Assembly (NCBI RefSeq): GCF_052425735.1
Contig: NC_135769.1
Location: 26,226,001 to 26,290,000 of the forward strand
Origin: Oculina patagonica
Taxonomy: Eukaryota
DNA length: 64,000 nucleotides
Direction of reading: 5' to 3'
A program made the position numbers and the translations under genes. The notes under the pieces were generated by a model, which did not search any database, had not been told where the DNA came from, and saw only the letters and a program-made list of their open reading frames with translations. Positions 47,722-59,864 of the stretch are shown here, piece after piece (the stretch's first letter is position 1; each line of letters opens with the position of its first letter).

Positions 47722-47984
47722 TCAAGCTTGCAGCCTGCGATCATGATTCCGTATGCGTTTCTTGGACACCCATCTCACAAAGGTCGCATCTTGAGCATCT
47801 GAGTAATGACACTGACAATCAGCGACCACTTTCAGTGAGTCGAGTCCTAATATTGATATTTAGAGGACGAATCAAATGCTGCTCAGTATGTTATTAACTA
47901 GCGCGGTAATTCATCATGAACTTTATACATTGTGTGAGACGTTGTAACCTAACGGTTTTCGTATTGCAGTTAGTGTCCGAAATT

Positions 47985-48269
47985 CGGCTTTAGTTACTTT
48001 TAGTGGTGCCGCGCTATATAGGGAAAACAACTGTCTAAATGCACGCGCAAAATGGCGAAAACAAAAGAAGTACTATGCGAGTGGTCCACAGTTATTTATT
48101 TTGAAAAAATGCTGCCCTTGCTAAACAAATAAAAGCCAGCCGCAAGCAAACCGGGGTGAAACTAACCGCAAGCACACAAGTTTGAAATATTTCGTTCACT
48201 TTTAGACAGTTTCATTTGAAAGCTGTTTTCCCTATAGAGCGCGGCACCACTAAAAGTAACTAAAGCACG
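47985..48269. mobile_element. MITE with ~45-bp TIRs
   Basis: gctttagttacttttagtggtgccgcgctatatagggaaaaca mirrored at ~48225-48269; AAATT flanks (TSD length ambiguous). Confidence 0.85.
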
Positions 48270-49556
48270 AAATTCTAGCTAGGTTGCAGTTAGTGTCCGA
48301 AATTCTAGGTCACTGGCAAAGATTCATCGGCCTATTTCGTTTGCAGCGTTTTAGCCCACGGTCCTTATAACGTGTACCCTGGACATTTTTCTCAATCTTG
48401 CCCGAGACTGGAACCCAGGGACTGAACCCCAGGATATATATAAACTGTGTTCCAATAGTATGAATTGATGCCAACAACAAATTGAAGTGTCTCCCTAACC
48501 TGTCAAACATCCTGATGAATTTGGACTGGCTCCCCATCCAGGAAAGTAATTATATATAATGTTACTTCTAGGTAGTCGTCCAATACTACTCAACGGGCTC
48601 ATTGCACCGACATACCTATTTCAGCTGCACGATTAGTACCAACACGTTAAATTGTCTCCCTAACCTGGTCACCTGGTAACCTGGTGCTATCGACTAGTTC
48701 CCTATCAAGTAATGTTACTCTTATGTTGTCGCCACATACGACTCCACGGATTTGCGGAGCCATCTATATAGTTATTTCACTTACTCGATCTGTTTCATCC
48801 AAACCATACATTGGCACGTTCAACGACGTCTCTCTATCCTAGATCCCACGCAGACACTTTCAGAAAAAGGGTTTATTCTGTAGCTACACCCTGATTTATA
48901 TTTGGAGGAACGTCCAAATTAATTAAAGGAAGGGGACTCGATGACTTCCTTAAAAAAACTAATTTCGAGTAAAGCAATAATTTGTTCACTTTTGATATTT
49001 TATGTAGCTTTTTCACCTTTTTAAATTTTCAACTTTAAGATTTTAAACTTTCTAATTTTTATTATTAATGATTAATATTTGATAAGAGTTTGATGTGTTT
49101 TTTTATCAGATTTCCAACATTACTACAGACATGTTGCTACTCTGCTAGACATTGACATTGATCAGCCGCATTGTTCTGCGCGCGCCTATTTATAATGGTA
49201 ATAGGACTGAGTGGAGTCCAATTCGGTCTGTAATCATACGAGTAGCTAATGTCCAAACATTTACCCTTTTATATACCATTTCTGACAGAAAAGTAATCCT
49301 TTCGAATACCTTGCATAGACAATGGTATATTACAAGTGTGATTTTTTCTTCAATTTGTCATTAACATTTCTTGACAATGGCGTCATGAAGACCCTGAAAC
49401 GTCGGTTATTTTCGCTTATTTTCACGTTTGTGTTTAGCAAAATCATTATCAATCAGAACGTTTCTATTGTGCGTAATACTCAATGATACTTGTGACTTTC
49501 TTGAGCATAACAGCTTATCAAAAATAAAACATACAGACAAATAAAATCCCCTTTAA

Positions 49557-49956
49557 CCCTATTCAGACCGGGGGGGGGGGACTTTTGAGGCCCGCGCTGA
49601 TTTTGAACTTTTATAACTTTTTTTAAGATTAATCCAAACGCTGCCTGACAGGCATGTTTTCCCAAATTTTTAATTTTGTGTGTTTCTGTTACTAAAAATC
49701 AACTTAAATGGAATCGGTTTTATATTTTTACGGGTTTAAAGCACATTTTTATTCATTTTGAGTACTTTCAGTTATTTTGGATGGTTTTCTGGCATCTTGG
49801 AAAAAAAAAATGAAATCCAAGATGGCGGCGGACGTACTATACATCCTATAAGTTTCATGGTGATTGCTTAAATATTCTGGAAGCTACATGGAGGGGGGGT
49901 CTTACCGCCCCCCCCCCCGGTCTGAGAAGGTCCAAAAAAGCCTGGTCTGAATAGGG
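49557..49956. mobile_element. piggyBac-like MITE
   Basis: TTAA|CCCTATTCAGACC...GGTCTGAATAGGG|TTAA. Confidence 0.85.
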
Positions 49957-50399
49957 TTAATTCGATGGGTGTTGCTCATTTACTCCGAAAGAAACAAATA
50001 AAAAAAAAGCATCGTTTACACGGACGCGGTTATCAAATCAACACGGTTTCATGACCTCGAAACCGCATCGAAAACGACACGGTTTCGAAGTGTTTATAAG
50101 AAACATATCCTACCGTTTTACAAATGTTTTTGAACGTGATTGTATAAGCAAGCGCTGCACTCTGTGCGAGGCTCGTCATGTTTACTCTTCGCGATCCAGT
50201 CAATTTGTGGCAAAATACTTGACCGTTTTCAAATTGATGGGGTTTTGCTGTTTACACGACCAATGACACCGTATCGTTTTGAAAACGCTCCAATTTTTAC
50301 AGCGTTTTTAAAACGATCTGGTTTCAGTTGTGTCTCGATCAGCGCCGTGTAAACGAAAGGCGAAACCGCATCGAAAGCGATGCGGTTACAAAAAAATAC

Positions 50400-51183
50400 T
50401 AGCCAGCATAGCTTGGCGTTCTAGTCAGTCGGGGAGAGCGAGAAATCGCGCGCGCGAGCAAAGCGGCGGCGGAAGACAGAATTGAATTGGCTTCTTGTCT
50501 TTAAATGGAAACTCTTACCTGTCATTGGAAAAGAATAAGTGCTTGGCAATGAAAAGTGGCAAAACTGTTTAAAAAACAATTAAGTCTTCCTCTTTCAACA
50601 AAGTGCTGATGTTCTAAGTTCCTTTCAATGAGGAAGCAAGCGAGAGTCCAGCTGCTTAATTGGGCTCCAAGTGGTCTGGGATCGAGTTTAACATTGGCGA
50701 TGGCGAATGGCGAATACGCACGCGCAATGTCAGCTACTTCAACCATTAATGTCGTTTACATGCAGCTTAATGCATGCTAACAGCTTATGTGTTTATTTTA
50801 AGTTTAAACGAAAGAGAATGAAATCTATTTTACAGGCTTATGTAGAGAAATGGCAGGCGACATATCTGTGAAACGAACCTGCGAAATATGCAAACCACGC
50901 CTTCTTCAAGCCTGAACTAGTATCCGTATTTCTTTATTACATTTGCGTGTAACTCACCTTAATTATTTTCAAAATGACTTGATATATTCATTAGTATATT
51001 GCGCACAAGATATCAGTCGACTGAAAGCACGGACTATTTTTCACTTCGTTTTCTTTTTTCGACCAAGAAAACGATATACTTCGAAAATTTCAAATAAAAC
51101 TAAAAAATCAACCTGTTTTGAGACTGACGGGAGTGCGCGCGATTTCTCGCTCTCCCCGACTGACTAGAACGCTACGCTGGCTA
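50400..51183. mobile_element. Academ-like non-autonomous element (TAG...CTA, 9-bp TSD) inside an older gtttacac-type repeat
   Basis: TIR gcgttctagtcagtcggggagagcgagaaatcgcgcgc; TSD AAAAAATAC at 50391-50399 and 51184-51192. Confidence 0.8.
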
Positions 51184-52424
51184 AAAAAATACGAAACGCG
51201 GCCAATATTGAAAAGCGGTAAACAAACAATAATACATAAGATCAGAATGAAATTTTTGTTTCTTCTCTACACAAGTCACACGTAGTATTACAAACATTAG
51301 AAGACTTAACTTAAGTTAGGGGTCGACTGAACTTATTTGGGGCAACATAACTTCAGTTTTGTGGCGACCTGACCTAAAATGGGACAACGTAACTTGGGGC
51401 AACATGACCTACATGCTCTTGGAACACAGTCTATACTCCGGGTGCCGGAGATTTGTCTTACGCAGCTTTAGGCTTCGGTCAAGTTTGAAAAAGAAGACGA
51501 AAAGAAAAAATGAAGGGAATGAGGATCGTGGACTGAAACGTTTGCAAACAAAGTAAGAATTTCCAACGTCTCACACAATGTACAAAGTTCACTGTGAATT
51601 ACTGTGCTAGTCTGCATCACACTGCAGCTGGCCGGTATCTGATTAGGACGTAGGTCACTAAACATTGGTCGCTGATTGTCCATGTAATGCATGTCTTCAT
51701 TCGAATGCGGTAGTTCCGAGGCGGTTTTCCAATCAAGAAATGCAGACGGATTCCTATTCGGGGCTACCAGCTTGGTCACAGAATGAAGCATTTGCGTTGC
51801 CTTCTCTCGTTCATAGAGGCTTGTTTTCTATTCATCGCTTGTAAGCGAGACGAAGACAAGGCGCACGAAGAATGAACGGAAGGAGAAGCCGTTTCCCGCG
51901 TGTCCTCTTTCTCCTCATCATAATCGAGGAATCCTTTGAAAATCCTCATTGAGCAAGAGTTGATAATATGATTCATTTTGGAAGGTATTTCAGTTTTCTG
52001 GCTCCATTCTTTTTTGTCAGGATCATAGCATTTAACCTTTCTCTGAAGTGGAACTGGTCTGTTATACAAGGTTTCGTCATACATGGTCAAGGTTTGTGCG
52101 GCCAGAACGTACAGCTTGTCATCCACTGACAGGAGTTTGGGAATCGACCTAGGATGTATGTCAGACCTTGGAATAAACTGCCACTCATTTGTTGTTTCAT
52201 TAAACACTTCACATTCCCACTCATGCCCTTCCATTTGTTTAATTCCACCAGCAATGTAAATGTTTCCGTTCGCTGCTGCTCCATCAGCACATCTCCTCGC
52301 TATCTTAATGTCAGCAATTTTCTCCCATTGGTTCTTGTTAAGGTCATACCTGTCGACATCATTAAGGGAAAAAAGCCTTGGTTGATGCTGGGTGCTATAC
52401 CACTTTGCACCGCCAATAAAATAA

Positions 52425-55400
52425 TGTATTTTCTACTGGTATGCAGTCAATACAGTTCATTAACAGGTTTTTGGTTATTTATTTCGCTGTGTATGACACG
52501 CCGCTTGGGCGTGTCCCTTGGGTATCTCTGATTGGTTTGATAAGGTATTTATAGACTGTTCAGAGTTGTTCAGTCCTCTCGCTTTCGCATTCCATGCTGA
52601 CATTGAAGTTGTAAACCCGCCCGCCCGCCCGCCCATTTCGTTTTTGTTATCTCGTCTAATTGATTGCTTGTCAATTTTATACATGTTTTTTTGTCCGAAC
52701 AGAATGTGTTGCAGGTGTTAGTTTTTATTTCAAACGGCGGAGAGTGGGCTAAGGACTGCAGGTTCGGAAACTTTTGCAGACTGCAGTAAAACTAAAGTAG
52801 TTGAACTTCCCATTAATTACTGGAGCAGCGCCGCTTCCACTAAGCCCGCCGGCATCAGGAGCACGCAATGATGGGGCATCGAAATGATATTGGTAATGTC
52901 GATCTGTTTGACGAATTGAATGAGGTAACACAAAAATCAGATTTGAGCGTGAAGTTTCTACTAGACCAGGTGTGTTGCAAGTTATTAAAGGGCAGTCTGG
53001 GAAGAAATTTTCATTTCTGTTATTTTTAGGCGTCTCAGAGATTATTGTATCATTTGTTTTAGATGGTTTTCGTCTTCCTTTCAAGAAGATTCCCTCTGAA
53101 ATTTTTCAAAAGCTATGTGTCATCTTTGCATCATTCTGTATTTGTAGATAAGCTATTTAGTGCCTTTACATTTTACCGGGTTGGCAGAAGTTAAGGCTCC
53201 TTCTTATATGGTTTACCCTTTAGTGTTTCGAATTAACCCTATGGAAGAAGAGATAAACATTTTTATGAACAAGGATTTAGTGCGTAAACGGGAATATCAC
53301 TTTGCCCTATTCTAAAAGGGAGTATTTATGGTTTTGTTTGGTCCAAGTGGCTATTACCTATCACCTATATAGCTATTCACACCCTGATCATCGCACATTT
53401 ATATTGTTAGGTTTTCGCTTGCTTTTCGTTAGGTGACGCTTAGTTTAGGTGTTTTTCTGTTTACTGTATTTCCTTTTGGGTTGGATGTTTATTCCATGCC
53501 TCAAGTCGCTCGAACTGAATATTGAAGGATTCAAGGGGGTCAACATTGTTCTATTCCTGGACGAGGAGAAGTTGATCCATATTGATTATTACTCTTGTGC
53601 AGTCTTAGATCCAGTTTACGGAAGTTCAGATTTATTTTTTAGCTATGGCGGAAAGTTTTAGTGGACCCTTGTTAATTTTCGAATGGTATAGTATAGAACA
53701 CTATCTATAGAACAATTCCTATTTCGGATAGACGGTTATTTTTACTTCGCATTTCTGTATGTCTTCATAATTGTTTCAGAAAAAAGTTTATGGGGAATTG
53801 TTTAGCCTGGCTTGGGGGAATTTGTTTACATTGGTGTAGTATTTGAGGACATTTCCCGAATTATGACTAGTTATTACAACAAGGACATTGAGGCTGCGCA
53901 GGATTACGATTTCACTAGACGTTTACTTTGGCCCAATTTATTCTCTAAGAAAACATGTTGAGTATTGAAGTGGACTGGACAGGATGAATTTGAAAAGTCA
54001 TTATGGATTGGCCCGTCTTATTGTATTGTTAGCTCAGATGCTAGTGCCACAAAATGTGGCGTCCATTTAGGTAACAGTGAACAAGTGCGCCATAATGATA
54101 ACTGGGTGCATGTATACACGTTTGTGGTATGACTTGTCTGGAAAAGTTTTTGTCATTTCAGCAAGGCTCTTATGTTAAGTTGGTTTTAGATAGTTGTTCG
54201 TTTGCAGAGTATTACATTCGAGTAGCACGAAGTTGAAGTTTACATGTTATATAGCCCAAAATTTTCAGCTCCTATTGACAGCGGTGTCAAATTGTATGCT
54301 ATGGTTTCCCGTACGGAGCTCGTTGTGAGGATTATAAAGTCGCATTATTTATACATAAATGGTTGACTAATTTCAAGTCATCATGTTTTCAAGCATTGAA
54401 TATGGGTGGGAATCCCATATAGTGGTCTACTTTGTCAGTTTGGCAACAACTAGGTATGTTTTCACTTTAGTTTTTGAAACCCATGCAGGACTTACGGAGT
54501 GGATTTATTAATTCACTAGGTATTCACTTCTCGTGTACATGCAAGGCCATTACCACATTTATCGTACTGTTCTGGACCTCGTCTCGTTTTTTCCTAAACT
54601 TTCAGAATAATTGCTCGTTTTGCAATAGATGGCAAGCTGTTTATAGTCTTTATAGCAAGAGTGTACTGGAACATCGGCGAAATACTGTTTTACTTCGAGC
54701 AGATTCTTTCATTTCAACATTGGTAGCTGTTTGTATAAAGTTTTCGCTGATTACAAGACCGCTGGGCCAGTTTCTATTTATGTTTGGTTAAGATTGATTG
54801 ACGTTATCAGAAAGGAGGTGCTGGCCTGACTTTGGGACGCTTGTCCATTCACTCATCAGAAGGAGGCGCTGGCCTGTTTTTGGGACGCTTGTCCATTCAC
54901 TCATCAGAAGGAGGCGCTGGCCTGTTTTTGAGACGCTTGTCCATTCACCTTTCAGAAAGGAGGCGCTGGCCTGATTTTGCAGAGCAATTTGTCTGCATTC
55001 AGCTTATGTTAGTTTATTTCAGTTTATGTGCTCGCTCGCTTCCATGTAGGTTTATATGGATACAAATGCCTGTCACTTCTCTTTTTTCTTCATTATAGAT
55101 GTTAACTATTCAAGGTTATCAGAGGAGCCCCCAGCTAGCAAGAAACCAAGCACGAAGGACGTCCTGAAGTTGTTTATGAAGGTTACTTCACAGCAAAAAG
55201 ATATTCAAAAAAAAAAAAAAAAAATCGTCAAGTTCTTTATAAGATGCGGTATCTTGTCCTCATACTGTCTCAGTTTCAGTTGTATCGCTTTACAAGCCGC
55301 ATGCGCATCTTACGTAGTTTCAAGTCTTATGCTGCTTTTATTTTGATTCATGTCCGCATTATCATTAATCATTTGGCCGGATAGTTCAATTTGAAATAGT

Positions 55401-56154
55401 TTTTTAATAGCGGTTCAGCGTTTGTTAGGGTGTTTATCTCTGCTAATAAAATCAACAAGCCTGAAGGACTTGCGCTTAGCTTGCATATGTTTGTTAGGTA
55501 GCGAAAGATTCTTCGAAATGATGTATTGAATAGTTTGTTACCTTAAGCTTAGCTTTTGGCATTTTGGCTGTTCATTCTAGTTATTTGTTCCTTACGTACA
55601 TGTGGAAATCTACTGATGTTTACAGTGAAGGGACTAATGTTTAAATTAAGAGGTTATGTAACTATATTATCTCGTCTCAACAACAGCTTAACATTATTGG
55701 ATCAATAAGTTTTTTGTGGTTTTTCAATACCGTCTAGCAAAATGGTACCAAGCTGTTATGCGCAAGATGTAGGGAGCTATTGAAGAACTGTAAAGGATCT
55801 TGCTCTGAGTATTTTATTGTCATTGATAGCATAAGTTCGAAGAAGCTACATCCGTGGTTAAAAGTAGCGCCAATTTATCACAACGATTACTTTTATTACA
55901 TTGTACATATAATTATTTTGAAATAACTGCTCACCTTATCCTAACTGATTTAATAAGTATTTTGGTACTTCTATTTTTTCTGGTAGGCGTCAACATTAGC
56001 TCCAAACGTTCCTTTTTCACTGTATGAAATGTATCAATAAATGTCAGCTTGGATTGCCTGAGCATCCAACCATCATTCCCTTGGTGTGTATTTTTTGCAG
56101 TATTGAAGAAGAAAATAATTTACGTTCGTTTGAGCGTAGCGAATTAGAACGTAA
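52425..56154 (+). mobile_element. Heavily decayed DIRS/Ngaro-like tyrosine-recombinase retrotransposon
   Basis: Remnants resembling DIRS pol (FVLDGFRLPF ~53055; SDAS ~54035); start sequence repeated near 55970; terminal hairpin tttacgttc...gaacgtaaa; no clear TSD. Confidence 0.55.
54806..54975. repeat. 48-bp tandem repeat, ~3.5 copies
   Basis: Unit atcagaaggaggcgctggcctgtttttgggacgcttgtccattcactc. Confidence 0.9.
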
Positions 56155-59100
56155 AATAAAATTGTCTTTAGCTACAATGCAAACGTCTTGTCTTAAATTG
56201 AAATGACGAAATGACGATATGTCTTCCCATGTGTTTGATTCCGGTTTGTACTTTGTGATGAAGGAAACATGATGATCCTTTTCACAGAGCACTACCTGTA
56301 GTTGAGGAAGGCAATAACCCGGGACGCGTATCAAACGCTGACTTAGTTTAAAACATCTCCGGCACTCAGCACACGGTTCAGAAACCAATGCGTACATTTC
56401 ATCATCATTTCCAAGAAATAATTGCTTGAAATATCTCGTCTCATTGAAAGGCAATGGCATCCAATCGTTAGAGTATGGATTATAGCTCACCATTCGGCAT
56501 CCATGTGACTGGTTTGCGGCGTTTGCATGCCAGGACTCTGGGCAGTGAGATGCAATCTGTATACCATAGATTTTACCATGACACGGGACAAGGTAGCTAT
56601 CACCGAAATAAAATGGCATCTTTCCTAAGCTATACCACCGGTCCTCCTGAGGAAAAAAACACTGAATATCTTGACCTGTATATAAACTAAACGCTATTAA
56701 AACATGAGTGGCAAGCGACTTTCTAGGGGGGATAGAAAGATAATTGTAGTTTCTAGATCCAATTAAGTTCACAGCGTCAGCCACAAGAGCCAAACACTCT
56801 TCGCTGTCATTCACGAGGTCATTTGTCTGGATGTCACTGCACTGCATAGAAAGTCACGCGACACATAAACCAGTCGAACGTGACGAAATAACTCGGCGAA
56901 ATATTTCTTTCGCTTGCTTTTGTCATGATTAATCCATGCTAGGATGATCTTGAACACATCTTCTTCGGCGGTAACATTTATTTCGTCACTTGAAATCCAC
57001 ATTTGGACTTGTTTGCTCGACATATTCAGAATTTCTTCGCGGCTGGCTGCGCATACGGTGCTGAAATTGGCATGGATGAATTTTGTGGTCTTGGAAAAAA
57101 GTTCTCTGCATTGATATGTTTCGGAAAAGTAGTAAAAAGAAATGCAATTTGAAGTGTTCAGCTTCTGCAGTAAAAATCCCTCAGCGAAAGATTTTATGTT
57201 TTGAAGGAATAAATAATCGGCAATAACGATCAGGTCTCGAGCATTGTCCTCGGTCACTATCTGAACATTATCGGTGTAGATAAACTCCAGTGTATTTCCC
57301 ACCACAGACTCGGAAAACATCTCCAGCCGAACAACTCCTTCTTTAAACTCTTTCATGTCGCTGTTCAGCAGCTTTGTGAAGAAAGGACTTGCCTCTGAAA
57401 GAACTTGTCTGTGAGCTTTGAATTGTTTGCCATCTTCGACTACCAAAATAACATCGCAAGGCTGATCGAGTGTGTCTTTCGGCATAAAGACTTCACTGGA
57501 AACTTCTTTGCTTTGAGTAGCACGCTCAACACTGTCTGCAGGTAGCAAGGTTGCCATCTTAATGCCAAAACGATCTTCGTTTAGTTCCCAAAAATAAATC
57601 TTAGCTTGTGATGGCGTTTATATCGTTGCTACCACACGGCGCTGAGAGCGGAAACCACACGGATAAATTTCAAGTGGTACTTAAAGCCGTATTGAAGGAC
57701 CATTTCCTATAGCTAGATGTTTGAAAATGAGTTTTGATTGGCAGAAAAATGATAATTTTTTTTATAATATGGAGCTTTTTAACATATCAAAGGTGCGTTA
57801 GGGTCATTGAATCTTAATATTGAAGGCGCGAAATTGTGGCCTTAAGGCCTTAAAAATAACTCAACAGGTATTGATTTGAATGTTCTTTTCGATTTTTATC
57901 CTAGAGTATCTACTCATTGAATACCTGTGAGCGGCGTTGCGGAAAACAGAAGTTCAACTTGTGAAATTCAATCAAAGGGCTTTTGAGCCAGCTTATTTAT
58001 GTAATGGCTAATTTTGCATTGTCTTCTTGTACTTAATAAAATATTGGTACAGTTGGACGCTGCTTTTGTAAACCATGCTAAAAGAAGAAGTAACAGCACA
58101 GGCAGCCCAAGCGATGGCTTCGTTAATTATTTGCAACAGTCGTTGTCGGTTTGACTCAAGCGATCGATAAAATATGCCCCATAAATCGATGGATTTGAGA
58201 TCTTTCGTTCCTTAATTACAATAAACTGTAAGCCAGATAAATAAAGGTCACTTACCTATTGTTGATTGTGTGTTATTATTCGATGCAATTTTTTCTTCCT
58301 TTTCATTGGCCGATAGCCCACGACGTGATCTACCGATAACTGCCTACAAATAATGGTCTGCTCGTGCGCATTAGCGTCTGACAGTGATTTTGCTACAAAT
58401 AATATTCTGCTCATGCGTAGTTGTGTCCACTTCCGAGAAAAATGGCAGCTAGTTTTTCAGAGATGAAGAAGGGCGGTTGGATTTGTCTACTAGGTCCGAA
58501 AAAACAGCGAAGCTACAAAGAAGGCAATGGAATTTCCTCTTATTGTATTTCGGCAATATCTGAAAGAAAGAGAATTGGATGAAGACCAGCTCGTATTATG
58601 AAAGGCGAAGTTACGCTTTCGTCTGCATTAATTTAGCAAGATATAGTGCGGTTTCCACGCAGTTCCTGAAGGTACTTTGTGCGAAACAAATTCAGTGATC
58701 AATTATTTGCCGAAGCCGAAGTTGAAGTAAGCGGGAACTGCAGGGGCTGTATTTTTGTCACTGGTATTATTGATTGCCTGTCTGTGTTCAGTGACAAGTT
58801 TCCGAAAAGTATGTTTAGTTTCTTCTTCATATTGTTTATTACGGTTCACTTATGTCCAGGATTGAACGCACCTACAATAAGTGGACATATCTCATTTTTT
58901 TTTAAGATTGAATTGAGCGGCGTCACGCAAAAAGCAAATTCCGCAGCAAGCAAGGTCGCGGCGTACACGGCACAATAAAGGACCATCGACATCAATAATT
59001 AAAGGCGTCAAATGGACTCCACTTATCTTAGATTGCTGTAAAAAAAATATACAACGGCGGGGGCAGCTTTAATGACAACTACTTCTAGAAAATAAAATTT

Positions 59101-59329
59101 CAAATGTGAACCAAATGATTGCCTTCAAGTCATCGAGTCCAAATCTTTTAAGTTTTGTTTTTTAAATATAAATCACGGCGTAGCTTTTAGCTATACAGGC
59201 TAAATAAACTCTGCCTCCGAAACTGCCTTTGTTAAATCTTGGGATAGAGAGAAGTTCGTCAAAGGTCCCGGTGTACAGTTGGTAGGATGCATACGAGTAA
59301 CTGAAATATGAATATTGGCGCCACGAGTC

Positions 59330-59660
59330 CTTTGAGCAGTATGAGGCGAATTCCTAGAACTAACATTACTTCCTGGAGCTAGTCGATAGCATCAGAAGTT
59401 ATTAGGTTAAAGACGAGACAGTTTAATTTGTTGGTATCGATTAATTATCTTGGAAAGCAGTCTATATCCTGGGTTCGAGACCTTGGGTTCTAGTCTCGAT
59501 AAAGTTTGAGAAAAAAGTCGTCAGTACAAAATATATAAGGATCGTGGGCGAAAACTTCTACAAACGACCGGAAATAGGCCTACTATCTTAGCCAGGGTCG
59601 AACCTACACTTTCGGACACTAACAGCAATGCATAAACCGTTAGGCTACAACGCCTCACCC
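59330..59660 (-). mobile_element. Degenerate tRNA-derived SINE in the K9 3' flank, with homologues behind other paralogues
   Basis: A box TAGCCTAACGG (59637-59647, minus strand) and B box GGTTCGACC (59596-59604); downstream gactagctcc..gtaatgtta body. Confidence 0.5.
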
Positions 59661-59864
59661 AATGTATATAGTTCATGGTGAATTTCCACCCTAGTTACAC
59701 ACTGGGCAGCATCTGATTTGTCCTCATATCAATATTAGGGCGACGAAGTTAACTGAAACTCCGCCGTTGTCGCTGATTGTCAGTGTCTTCATTCAGATGC
59801 GACCTTTGTGAGGTGGGTGTCCAGGAAACAAATACGGATTCCTGTTCGCTGGCTACCAGCTTGG

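Larger units (their letters stand above)
51776..57557 (-). pseudogene. K8: KLHL pseudogene, frameshift at ~56830 and 3.7-kb insertion; ends RRQRKCFIL
   Basis: ORFs 56811-57557, 56044-56847 and 51776-52234; KDNFI|YFIGG joined across the insertion; duplicated gcagt causes the frameshift. Confidence 0.9.

Noticed and set aside
57680-59200. Further repeat fragments upstream of K8
   Set aside because: Probably TE-derived, but no matching ends or TSD could be defined.
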